A stretch of DNA of 64,000 bases, taken from positions 768,001 to 832,000 of the forward strand of contig JALDAJ010000001.1 of assembly GCA_022729235.1 (NCBI GenBank), in the 5' to 3' direction. Origin of the DNA: Candidatus Nanohalarchaeota archaeon (GTDB lineage Archaea; Nanohalarchaeota; Nanosalinia; Nanosalinales; Nanosalinaceae). The notes under the pieces were generated by a model. It ran no database searches and was not told the origin of the DNA. It worked only from the letters and a program-made list of their open reading frames with translations. Made by a program: the position numbers and the translations under genes. Of the stretch, positions 29,595 to 38,174 are shown in pieces (the stretch's first letter is position 1; each line of letters opens with the position of its first letter).

Positions 29595-30362
29595 CTAGAT
29601 AATCCGTCTCTGTAGTTTTGCAAGGTTGGAGATGCCGTAGTCCGGGATCTGCATCTCGTCCGCATTCTTGAGTGTTTCTGAGTCTATGTCGCCGGACATG
29701 ACGGCTGCGGTCTTCATTCCCAGGTGGTTCCCGGTTTCGATATCTGCTAATCGGTCACCGATGAATATGGAGCGGTCAGGGAAGTAGCTGAAGTGTTTCT
29801 TGAAGTATTTCCTGAATATCTTCCCGGGTTTACCCGCGTCTACGGGTTCGGCGAATTCCTGGAGAGCGAGATTGACAGGTCCCTGGTGAGGCTGTTCTCC
29901 GTGGGATGTGCGGAATGTTTTCTCATTAGAGCAGATGTAGAGCTCGCCGGAACGCGCTATCCTGACGGCGCGTTTGAGCTTTGCGTAGCTGAAGTTCCTG
30001 TCGAAACCTACGACGACGATATCCGCGTCCTCGGAAAGGTAGATGTCACGTTTCTCGAGTTCCTCGATAAGACCGGATTCTCCTATTATGTATGCCTGGT
30101 TAACGTCCCTGTCTTCCAGGTGTTTCGCGACTGTATATGCGGAGGTTATGATGTCTTCTTTTTCGGCAGGGATTCCCATCGATGTCAGTTTCTTGGCGTA
30201 ATCTTCCCGTGTAAGTAGTGTGTTATCGGTGTGGAAATGGATTTTCTTTCCAGCCTCCCTGAGCGAATCGATGGTGTCTTCTGCCCCGATTATGGTTTCG
30301 TCCCAGTTCCAGAGGGTTTTATCCAGGTCGAAGAAGAAGTTCCTGAATTCATCTAGGTCCAT
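29595..30362 (-). CDS. HAD-IIA family hydrolase (NagD-like)
   Basis: FDLDKT, TDN, GKP, IGDRL.DI. Confidence 0.88.
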   Translation of the reverse strand: MDLDEFRNFFFDLDKTLWNWDETIIGAEDTIDSLREAGKKIHFHTDNTLLTREDYAKKLTSMGIPAEKEDIITSAYTVAKHLEDRDVNQAYIIGESGLIEELEKRDIYLSEDADIVVVGFDRNFSYAKLKRAVRIARSGELYICSNEKTFRTSHGEQPHQGPVNLALQEFAEPVDAGKPGKIFRKYFKKHFSYFPDRSIFIGDRLADIETGNHLGMKTAAVMSGDIDSETLKNADEMQIPDYGISNLAKLQRRII

Positions 30363-30400
30363 GGTCAGGGTTTTAACGTTTAAAGCTCTTATACGTGTCT

Positions 30401-31360
30401 ATGCCGTCGATAAGAGAGGCTGCGGAGAAGCTTTCTAAGAGGGGTAGTAGGACTGAGAGACTGGAGGAAAAGTTCTCGGAGATCGACTCTATCGATACAG
30501 GTTCTACAGTTAAGGAAGGGTTTCTCTCAAAGAGAGTTAAGGAGAGGGAGGCTCCGACTGTGGCGGGTGTTGATGGAGGTCTCGTGAAGAAGCGGTACTC
30601 GTCAGGTGACGTTATCGCCACAAGAGCGGTTGCGGCGGTTTTCAACTACGGGAGTTCCCTGGGTGTCAACTATATTCCTTCAAGGAGTCCGGAGCCAGAG
30701 TTCCACGTTTTCGGCGCCGAGGACTCACGGAGCCTTGACCGGAACGCGGAGACAGAACGTGTGAGAGCGGAGATAGAGGCTGTTTCAGAGGCTCTGGACG
30801 ATGCTGACATGGTTCTTCTTGACGGCTCGATAGTACCGAGTTACCTGGAGAGCGAGGAGGTTATTGAGATGTATGGAGAGGTTTTCGATGGTGCTGGTGA
30901 AGGCAACTTTGTCGGTGTTGTAGAGGATTCCTACGGTCTCAAGCTTTCACGGATCCTGGAGGATAGGCTGGGACTGGAGATAGGTGATGTACGGGATACG
31001 GTTATCATGGATGCTATACTTGAAGAAGGAGAGAGGAGCTTTGCCCGCCGATATTCGGACTCCCCTGTGGAGCACCCGGTACTCCAGGAGCTTGAGGACC
31101 GGCACGTGAACAGGATTCACACGTTCTACGTCAAGCTCTCCGACGGCGACCTGCCTCTTAGAGTTGACTATTATGGTGGAGTCGAGGAGGCGGATAGGAT
31201 CGCAGGAGTACTCCAGTCTGTAAAGGTCTCGGACCGTTATACAGTTCCCTCGCCAATTATCGAGGCGGATAAGAGGGCAAAGATCCCTGGGAAGTATATC
31301 AAGAGGCTTGAGAAACGTTTTGACCCTGCTCTTAGAAGACGGGATAGAAGGGCTTACTGA
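30401..31360 (+). CDS. nurA: NurA family nuclease
   Basis: AGVDGG, LLDGS, P.PIIEADK.AK motifs. Confidence 0.8.
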   Translation: MPSIREAAEKLSKRGSRTERLEEKFSEIDSIDTGSTVKEGFLSKRVKEREAPTVAGVDGGLVKKRYSSGDVIATRAVAAVFNYGSSLGVNYIPSRSPEPEFHVFGAEDSRSLDRNAETERVRAEIEAVSEALDDADMVLLDGSIVPSYLESEEVIEMYGEVFDGAGEGNFVGVVEDSYGLKLSRILEDRLGLEIGDVRDTVIMDAILEEGERSFARRYSDSPVEHPVLQELEDRHVNRIHTFYVKLSDGDLPLRVDYYGGVEEADRIAGVLQSVKVSDRYTVPSPIIEADKRAKIPGKYIKRLEKRFDPALRRRDRRAY

Positions 31361-31418
31361 AGGGTATTTGACTGGTGACGGGTTTAACTTTATTTAAGAG
31401 CTAGTTACAACTTCTCTC

Positions 31419-34079
31419 ATGAAGAAATTAACTGTTCTGGTTTTTCTCCTGTTTTTTTCAGGTTCTGTTCTAGCCCAGCACACGCAGGAGACCGGTGTCC
31501 CCCTGGAGAGTATTGAGGAGGGAGAGACATTTGAAGCCAGGAGTGATGAACTGGGAACTATAGAAGCTGTGGAGCTGGAGGTCCGGCACGATGATGAGTC
31601 TCCGCCATGGGATTCCGCTATAGAGGTTATGGGACAGGATTTTGATGTCATCGATGAAGAAAGGGTCAACGAGGATGAAGCTGTAATCATCGCCGAGACT
31701 GATAGTCCTGTCGAGATTTTTGAGTCGGACGTAGAGTTATACGCCGAGGCTAATGAAGAACTCCTGGCTGAAAATATAGTCCTGAAAGGCTCCCAGAGAT
31801 TCCAGGGTGTCGAATACGCTGAAGAGGAGGGGACAGGTATAGCTGAAACCTTTGACCCGGAGCTAAGTCTTTCCGTAGACCACCCGGACGGTGAAGAAAT
31901 GGAGTACACGTTCTATGATATAGACGATGACTCAGAACTCGGAGAGACGTATACGTTCACTACCTGTGGAGAGGACGGTAGACTTGGACCTTCACAGAGT
32001 GACTGTGATGACGAGTACGAGGATACCAGCCTGGAGGGGCAGGTGGAGGTGATAGGGTCAGGCGTCCAGGAGTGGGAAGTACCTTTTACAGGCAGATATG
32101 AGTTAACCGCAGTCGGAGCTGTTGGAGGAGGTCCTCACGGAGGGTCTGGGGCGGTGATAAAAGCAGAGGTGACTCTGGAGCAAGGAGATAGGATGAGGAT
32201 AGTCAGTGGTCAGGAAGGAGATTTGTTTGAAGATACTTTTACAGCAGGTAGCGGAGGTTCATTTGTAACACGGGTCGTTGATGACGGCTACCAGATGTTT
32301 GATGGTGAAGAAATCGAACCTGTACTTGTTGCGGGTGGTGGAGCAGGATCGACCATGGAGAATCAGAACCAGGACGCCCAACTAGTTGAATGTGGTGATG
32401 ACGCCCAGCAGAGCGGGTCTGGAGAGGCAGGAAGCGGAGGTTGTGACGGGGAAGGAGGCTCAGCTGATCTTTCTGATACTAGTCACAGGGTCGGTGGAGG
32501 CGCCGGACTGTTAGAGGACGGACAAAACCCTCGTAGCCCTGAACTTGCAGGTACAGCGTTTATCGACGGTGCCGAAGGAGGAGACGATGAATCTGAAGGT
32601 GGTTTCGGTGGCGGAGGAGCAGCACGGATGGTGAGCTGGGATAGAGGAGGGGGAGGTGGAGGTTACTCCGGAGGAGGAAGCGCCAGGGGAGATGACTGGG
32701 CTGCAGGAGGGGGAGGAGGTTCTTATGTTAGCGATGAGTCCAGGTATGATGCTGAGATAACGGTTCAAGAGGTTTCATCCTCAGGACAGGGCTACGTTGA
32801 GTTCGACCTTGAGAGCAGTCCTTCTGGTGTTATCGGTTATGATTCTGTTAATTCAGGTGAAACTGCGAGCGTCGAATGGTCTGATCGGGAGAACTTTGAG
32901 ACTTACAACTGGGCTGTAGAGGTCTGTGAAGAAGGTGCCTCTAACTGCGTGATGAACAGTGAATCATGGACGTTTACTGTAGAAGTTGAGGAGCCAGAGG
33001 TTGAGCTCAGTTTCGAGAACTACACAACCGAGCATGCTTTTGACGTAACTGCCGATATCGAGTTTGGCAGGGATGACTATAATCCAAGATGTGATTTTAA
33101 CTTCACGAACCTTGAAGATCCGGATAATGAAGACTTGATATATGAAAAAGACGACATAGAAGTTGAGGAGGGCTCAGGAAGAGAGGCTAGCTGCCAGGCA
33201 AAAGTATACCACGAAGAACATGAGGATTATGATTCTAGTGACGGGATTTTCGAGGGCTACGAAGTTCTGGACAGGATCAGGATAGGTGTGAATGTGACGG
33301 ATCAGCACGGGGAACTGGATAGCAATTACACGATGGGAGACAATATCATCCCTAACATAAAACCGTTTATTGAAAGTCCCTGGCCTCAAGACGGGATGAT
33401 GATGGATGAATCTCCGGTGGAATTAAGTGTTGATGTTCATGACCAGATGGATGATGAAATCAATGTTTTCTTCTTCAACGACTCGGATGACACACTGATA
33501 GGAAAGGATGAGGTAACATCCGGTGATACAGCGAGGGCTTCGTGGAGAGATCTCAGGATGGGTGCGATATATAACTGGTACGTAAAAGCTTCTGACACCT
33601 ACGAGAACAGGACCTCAAACACTTTCCAGTTCCGGATAATTCTTACCCATGCGTTCCGGCCTGAGATAGAGGTGGAGTACCCTTATACGACAGTTGTGGC
33701 ATCGCAGGATCAGCCTGTAAATCTCATCTTCAGAGTTGAGAACAGTATAAACCGTGAAAAAAACCTGAACATATCCCTGCAGAATGTCAATGCAGAATAC
33801 ATAGGAGAGGATAACTGGTACATAGAAGATACCCTGGAGCCTGAATCCGAGAGAAGATACCAGATACTAGTAGAGCCGGAAGATACCGGTCTTAATGATC
33901 TGGAGATAGTTGCAGAGAACCAGGATATGGGTGTAGAAACTGTGGAAAAAGTTCCGATTTACGGCGTGGATATAGATACGCAGGCAGTATCACGCGGAGT
34001 TCCTGGAATAGGATTAAGTCAGGTACTGTTGATAGTGGTTCTATCTACAGCGATTTATATCCGGTCTATCTGGACATGA
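31419..34079 (+). CDS. cell-surface protein with ALK/LTK-like glycine-rich domain, Ig/FN3-like repeats and C-terminal anchor
   Basis: Signal peptide; FTTCG..G..GPSQ..C, WEVP..G.Y and GGFGGGG tracts; C-terminal VPGI plus TM helix. Confidence 0.75.
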   Translation: MKKLTVLVFLLFFSGSVLAQHTQETGVPLESIEEGETFEARSDELGTIEAVELEVRHDDESPPWDSAIEVMGQDFDVIDEERVNEDEAVIIAETDSPVEIFESDVELYAEANEELLAENIVLKGSQRFQGVEYAEEEGTGIAETFDPELSLSVDHPDGEEMEYTFYDIDDDSELGETYTFTTCGEDGRLGPSQSDCDDEYEDTSLEGQVEVIGSGVQEWEVPFTGRYELTAVGAVGGGPHGGSGAVIKAEVTLEQGDRMRIVSGQEGDLFEDTFTAGSGGSFVTRVVDDGYQMFDGEEIEPVLVAGGGAGSTMENQNQDAQLVECGDDAQQSGSGEAGSGGCDGEGGSADLSDTSHRVGGGAGLLEDGQNPRSPELAGTAFIDGAEGGDDESEGGFGGGGAARMVSWDRGGGGGGYSGGGSARGDDWAAGGGGGSYVSDESRYDAEITVQEVSSSGQGYVEFDLESSPSGVIGYDSVNSGETASVEWSDRENFETYNWAVEVCEEGASNCVMNSESWTFTVEVEEPEVELSFENYTTEHAFDVTADIEFGRDDYNPRCDFNFTNLEDPDNEDLIYEKDDIEVEEGSGREASCQAKVYHEEHEDYDSSDGIFEGYEVLDRIRIGVNVTDQHGELDSNYTMGDNIIPNIKPFIESPWPQDGMMMDESPVELSVDVHDQMDDEINVFFFNDSDDTLIGKDEVTSGDTARASWRDLRMGAIYNWYVKASDTYENRTSNTFQFRIILTHAFRPEIEVEYPYTTVVASQDQPVNLIFRVENSINREKNLNISLQNVNAEYIGEDNWYIEDTLEPESERRYQILVEPEDTGLNDLEIVAENQDMGVETVEKVPIYGVDIDTQAVSRGVPGIGLSQVLLIVVLSTAIYIRSIWT

Positions 34080-34109
34080 AATCATTGTACAGGACTAGAA
34101 CATCTGGTG

Positions 34110-34301
34110 CTAGAACTCCTTGTTCTTCTTAACCCTGACGATGTAGCCCGCGACACGGTTCCTCAACTTCTTCGACTCGAACTCTTCAGTATCCTTTAGC
34201 TCCTCCTTGTTCTCATCGAAGTCCTCGCTGAATCTTTCCGGGTCTGCATCAACAAGATCCTTCGCAAGCCTCTTGATATAGGTCTGTCTTACTCTTCCCA
34301 T
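34110..34301 (-). CDS. rps17e: 30S ribosomal protein S17e
   Basis: MGRVR...IKR, F..DF..NK, SKKLRNRVAGYI. Confidence 0.97.
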   Translation of the reverse strand: MGRVRQTYIKRLAKDLVDADPERFSEDFDENKEELKDTEEFESKKLRNRVAGYIVRVKKNKEF

Positions 34302-34425
34302 ACCTTAGTCCGTGGCATAAAGTTTCTTAAACCGGACGGTCGCCGATCTACTACTTTTGGTGTTACGTTACTGCGGATACCCTTCTGGAAGGATATTATA
34401 ACTTTTTCGTACTAAAACATATGTA

Positions 34426-34833
34426 ATGAGAAATCCTGTTGAAGACGCTATAAGGACGGCAGATAGATACGGTTTTCATCAGATAAGTAAAGTTGATTCC
34501 AACGGCGCGACAAGCGCTCGTCTAGGAGGTGGAGAGGGAGAACTCGAGATAAAATCACCTCCTTATTCTCATGAGTTATATTTAACTTACACAGGAAATC
34601 CGGATATAGATATAGTCTTGGACGATGCTATCGAAGAATTTAGGGAAAACAGAGATATAGAGGTAGAAACCCTAGAAGAGTGTCAAGATACACTTAGAAT
34701 TGAATTAACCTATGATGACACGGTAGATGATTTATTGAGTGGAGGATTCGAGAAACAACATAAGGGTCTGAATCATGTTTTAGATACTCTTTCTGATATT
34801 GCTGGTGCCGAACAGCAACAGTTTTCCAGTTAA
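34426..34833 (+). CDS. hypothetical protein
   Basis: 135-aa acidic ORF; TTATAA upstream. Confidence 0.6.
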   Translation: MRNPVEDAIRTADRYGFHQISKVDSNGATSARLGGGEGELEIKSPPYSHELYLTYTGNPDIDIVLDDAIEEFRENRDIEVETLEECQDTLRIELTYDDTVDDLLSGGFEKQHKGLNHVLDTLSDIAGAEQQQFSS

Positions 34834-34894
34834 TACACGCCTTTATAAGGATGCGTTCAGAACAGTTCTTTACTTCAAAAGGAGGTGTTTCTCA

Positions 34895-35089
34895 GTGCAA
34901 GGTACAGTCAAGTTCTTCCATGACCAGAAGAATTACGGTTTTATTGAAACCGAGGACATGGACGACGACGTTTTCTTCCACGCTTCGGAACTGCCGGAAG
35001 GCGAATCCGTCGAGGAAGGTGATGAAGTCGAGTTCGAACAGGAAGAAGGCGACCGCGGTCCCAAAGCCGTCGAAGTCACAGTAGTTTAG
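34895..35089 (+). CDS. csp: cold-shock protein
   Basis: GTG start after GGAGGTG SD; GTVKFF, YGFI, DVFFH, RGPKA. Confidence 0.93.
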   Translation: MQGTVKFFHDQKNYGFIETEDMDDDVFFHASELPEGESVEEGDEVEFEQEEGDRGPKAVEVTVV

Positions 35090-35148
35090 ACCTCTCAGAG
35101 GTTTAAACTGCTTCTTCTACAAAAACCACATATTTTTCTATTGTTATT

Positions 35149-35568
35149 CTAGTGTTCTGCTAAAAGGTGCTGCTCACGGCTTTCTTCTGCTTTCTTTAAG
35201 CTCCTAACGGAAGGCGAAAGGATGCCCTCTACTTCTATACATTGTGGATTACTTAGACCCATGTTAGCCACGGCATAGATTTCTAAACTTTCTTCTCCAG
35301 AATCGTACCATGTGTTACAATACGGTCCTCTGAACGGTTCATCTGTATTGTAAAGTTCTGAAGATGCCTCCGAACCTGTCAAGTTAGGAATAGTTCTAGA
35401 TACAAAAGGGATCATGCTATGCCTACGGACATCTAGAGCGGCAGAATCGTAGTTTTCCAAACCGGCAGCTAAATCCTCCATTTCCATCGAATTGTGTCCT
35501 AAAAAGTCTTTTCCATAAACATGGCCGGTTATCTGTTTCCTAAGTTGTCTTAAGTCTCCGTTGGGCAT
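35149..35568 (-). CDS. hypothetical protein
   Basis: 139-aa ORF with ATG; no motif. Confidence 0.55.
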   Translation of the reverse strand: MPNGDLRQLRKQITGHVYGKDFLGHNSMEMEDLAAGLENYDSAALDVRRHSMIPFVSRTIPNLTGSEASSELYNTDEPFRGPYCNTWYDSGEESLEIYAVANMGLSNPQCIEVEGILSPSVRSLKKAEESREQHLLAEH

Positions 35569-35659
35569 GGCTCGTTATACCGTTCTTAGTTTTATTAAGA
35601 TATCTGATTTTCTTCCGTGTACCGCAACCCACTTAATTCTCCTGCGTGTTTCTTGAAAC

Positions 35660-36382
35660 ATGACCGACTTCCTATACCTGCCGGACCGGAACTACGATAA
35701 AAAGTTTGATTCTGAAGTATCAAAAGTCAAGGAGGGTGATGGATATATTGTCCTTGAAGAGACGCTTTTCTACCCGGAGGGTGGGGGACAGCCCGCGGAC
35801 CACGGAGTGATTTCCTGGGACGGAAACGAAACCGAAGTAACTGATGTCCAGAAAAAACATGGCGAGGCACACCACTTTATCGAAGGCGACGATTTCCCTG
35901 AAGAAGGGCAGGAAGTCCGCGGAGAAATCGACTGGGAAAGGCGCTACAAGCACATGAGGATGCACACCGCCCAGCACGTGCTTTCCCTCGTGGTTCTTGA
36001 TGAGTACGGTGCCACGACCGCTGGCAACCAGATACACGAAGATTATTCGAGAATAGATTTCAAACCGGTGGAGTTTGATGAAGGCGATATAGAGAAGATT
36101 CAGAATGCGGCGAACGCATTGATAGCTGAGAACCTCTCTGTTGAGAAGAAGATGATGGACCGTGAACAGCTGGAGGAGGAGATGGATGCGGGACGCGCCA
36201 ACATGGACTTGATTCCTGACCACATCGACCCTCTACGCGCTGTAATAATCGGCGAAGACGATGTCTGTCCCTGCGGCGGCACCCACGTCGACAACCTCGA
36301 AGAGATAGGGGAGATAGAGATCACAGAGCAAACGAAGAAAGGAGCGGACACCGAGAGACTGGAGTTCGAGCTGGAAGGATAA
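35660..36382 (+). CDS. alaX: AlaX-M alanyl-tRNA editing protein
   Basis: FYPEGGGQP.D, HTAQH, CGGTH. Confidence 0.93.
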   Translation: MTDFLYLPDRNYDKKFDSEVSKVKEGDGYIVLEETLFYPEGGGQPADHGVISWDGNETEVTDVQKKHGEAHHFIEGDDFPEEGQEVRGEIDWERRYKHMRMHTAQHVLSLVVLDEYGATTAGNQIHEDYSRIDFKPVEFDEGDIEKIQNAANALIAENLSVEKKMMDREQLEEEMDAGRANMDLIPDHIDPLRAVIIGEDDVCPCGGTHVDNLEEIGEIEITEQTKKGADTERLEFELEG

Positions 36383-36445
36383 ATAGGATTTTGAAACATA
36401 TAGAGGTACGAAACGTTTATAAACGTGCCAATTCCTGGGTCATGT

Positions 36446-36823
36446 ATGAGGAAGGAGGAAGCCTACAATTCGATACTCGATGATGAAGAGTTCGATAGAA
36501 AGTTGCTAGCTAAGGCTATAGAGCCCTATATCCGGATTGGTAAGGAGTCTAAAGATATTCTATTCCTTGATAAGTTCGACAATTTAACGAATAAAGACAA
36601 AGTCCTGGTTTATCTTCTCGCTCAAAAAGTATTAGATGATTTGGAGAATCAGGATTCTTTGGTATTCCCGCAAAGTATTTCCTCTGGTTTGGGAGTTAAT
36701 GATAATACAGTTAGATCTGTTCTGAGAAGGCTGAGACAGAGTGATTTGGTGAAGAAGCGTGATGGAGGTAACTATGAGATACCTAATTATAGGATTGAAG
36801 AGGTGATTGATGAATTTGATTGA
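36446..36823 (+). CDS. winged-helix DNA-binding protein
   Basis: C-terminal ISSGLGVNDNTVRSVLRRLRQSDLV..RDGGNY. Confidence 0.65.
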   Translation: MRKEEAYNSILDDEEFDRKLLAKAIEPYIRIGKESKDILFLDKFDNLTNKDKVLVYLLAQKVLDDLENQDSLVFPQSISSGLGVNDNTVRSVLRRLRQSDLVKKRDGGNYEIPNYRIEEVIDEFD

Positions 36824-37115
36824 TTTTCCGAAGAAGTTTAAAGATCCTGAAGACAACGAATACGTACTTAAGAGATCTACTTGGAGCCATATAGTGGCTG
36901 GTCAGAATCCTCATGGTGAGTTTGTGGGGCATATCGAGGAGATAAGGAAATGTATCGAGAACCCTGCCGATATATTTGAAAGCAAAAAATCCGATGTCCG
37001 GTATATATACCGGAGAATGCCAGATAAGATGGACTACAAGTTTGTAGTTGTGGTAGTTGATAGAGCGGATAATCTTGTTGTAACTGCCTATCCCGCCAAT
37101 AATGATGATTTCTAG
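36810..37115 (+). CDS. RelE/BECR-fold toxin-like protein
   Basis: W.HI...H, IENP..I, VVVV...VVTAYP pattern. Confidence 0.6.
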   Translation: MNLIDFPKKFKDPEDNEYVLKRSTWSHIVAGQNPHGEFVGHIEEIRKCIENPADIFESKKSDVRYIYRRMPDKMDYKFVVVVVDRADNLVVTAYPANNDDF

Positions 37116-37312
37116 GCAGGTACTTTCGCTGCGTCCGGAAGATTTATTTTCTCACGCTCTTCAAATCCGATAACAGTGTATCCGACTATTTCCCCCGTTT
37201 CCGCATCTCTTCTTATGAGCACATCATCATCCTTGTGCTCGGTCTCTACGTTCTCGCAGCTTCTGAGCTTGATATACAGGACATCTGCTTCTTCATCATA
37301 GGATACTTCCAT
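37112..37312 (-). CDS. DUF2283 domain protein
   Basis: YDEEADVLYI and D..TGEIVG. Confidence 0.85.
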   Translation of the reverse strand: MEVSYDEEADVLYIKLRSCENVETEHKDDDVLIRRDAETGEIVGYTVIGFEEREKINLPDAAKVPA

Positions 37313-37359
37313 AACCCACATTTACCGCTCGCCATTTAAATTTATAATAGCGTTTCACA

Positions 37360-37773
37360 TCAGTACTTCTTCTCTTTTTCCAGGTACTCGTCCAGGAAGA
37401 CCATCGCGGGAAGCCCGTATCCTGCATCAGCGTGCCAGTTCATTTCACGGTATTCTGCAGATGTCGCCCAGCGATATTCAGAGAGTTCTCTCTCGTGTAG
37501 TTCAACAGCTGTACTGTCAGTTTCTGTGAAGACTATCCAGCAGTTCACACACTTCTCATCCTCGACTTCAATACGGACGACATCCTCAAAACTCTCTATT
37601 TCCAGACCTGTTTCTTCCCTGACTTCGCGTTCTGCAGCCTCGAACCGATTCTCATCGTCCTCGATTATACCTCCTGGCAGTTCCCATTTACCGGATTCTC
37701 GCTCTTTAACAACTAGAAACTCTCCCTCGTTATTCTGTATCAGTACCTTTGCAACAGGTATCTTCTCGGTCAT
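37360..37773 (-). CDS. Nudix hydrolase
   Basis: LPGG.....E....AAEREVREETGL Nudix box. Confidence 0.9.
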   Translation of the reverse strand: MTEKIPVAKVLIQNNEGEFLVVKERESGKWELPGGIIEDDENRFEAAEREVREETGLEIESFEDVVRIEVEDEKCVNCWIVFTETDSTAVELHERELSEYRWATSAEYREMNWHADAGYGLPAMVFLDEYLEKEKKY

Positions 37774-38174
37774 ACCAGGTCGAACGCCTCCAGGCATCTC
37801 CTCTCCTTTCCAAGGTCTATATCGTAGTCTTGAGGTTTTATCCAGCAGCGCTTCCCGTGCTTGTCTTCTCTCAGTTCTAGGTGTTCTTCTAGGTCTTCGT
37901 AGTCGTGGGTCGCTCTAACCGGGATTATCTTGAACCCGCCTGCTTCCCATGAGTCCTCCTTGCTTGATTCGACAGCTTCTATATCAAGTCCCAGCTCTTC
38001 TTTTATCTCTCTTTCAGCGGTTTCCGTGAGGTTCTCTCCTTTCTTCTGCTTTCCGCCGGGAAACTCCCACATCTCATGGTCTACTCTCCACGTTACCAGG
38101 TATTCCTCTTCTTCAGAAGTACGGGGTATGACTGTTGCAGCGACTCTATTAGTATCGTCCGCGTCACTGCTCAT
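37770..38174 (-). CDS. Nudix hydrolase (MutT-like)
   Basis: WEFPGGK...GE....TAEREIKEELGL. Confidence 0.9.
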   Translation of the reverse strand: MSSDADDTNRVAATVIPRTSEEEEYLVTWRVDHEMWEFPGGKQKKGENLTETAEREIKEELGLDIEAVESSKEDSWEAGGFKIIPVRATHDYEDLEEHLELREDKHGKRCWIKPQDYDIDLGKERRCLEAFDLV

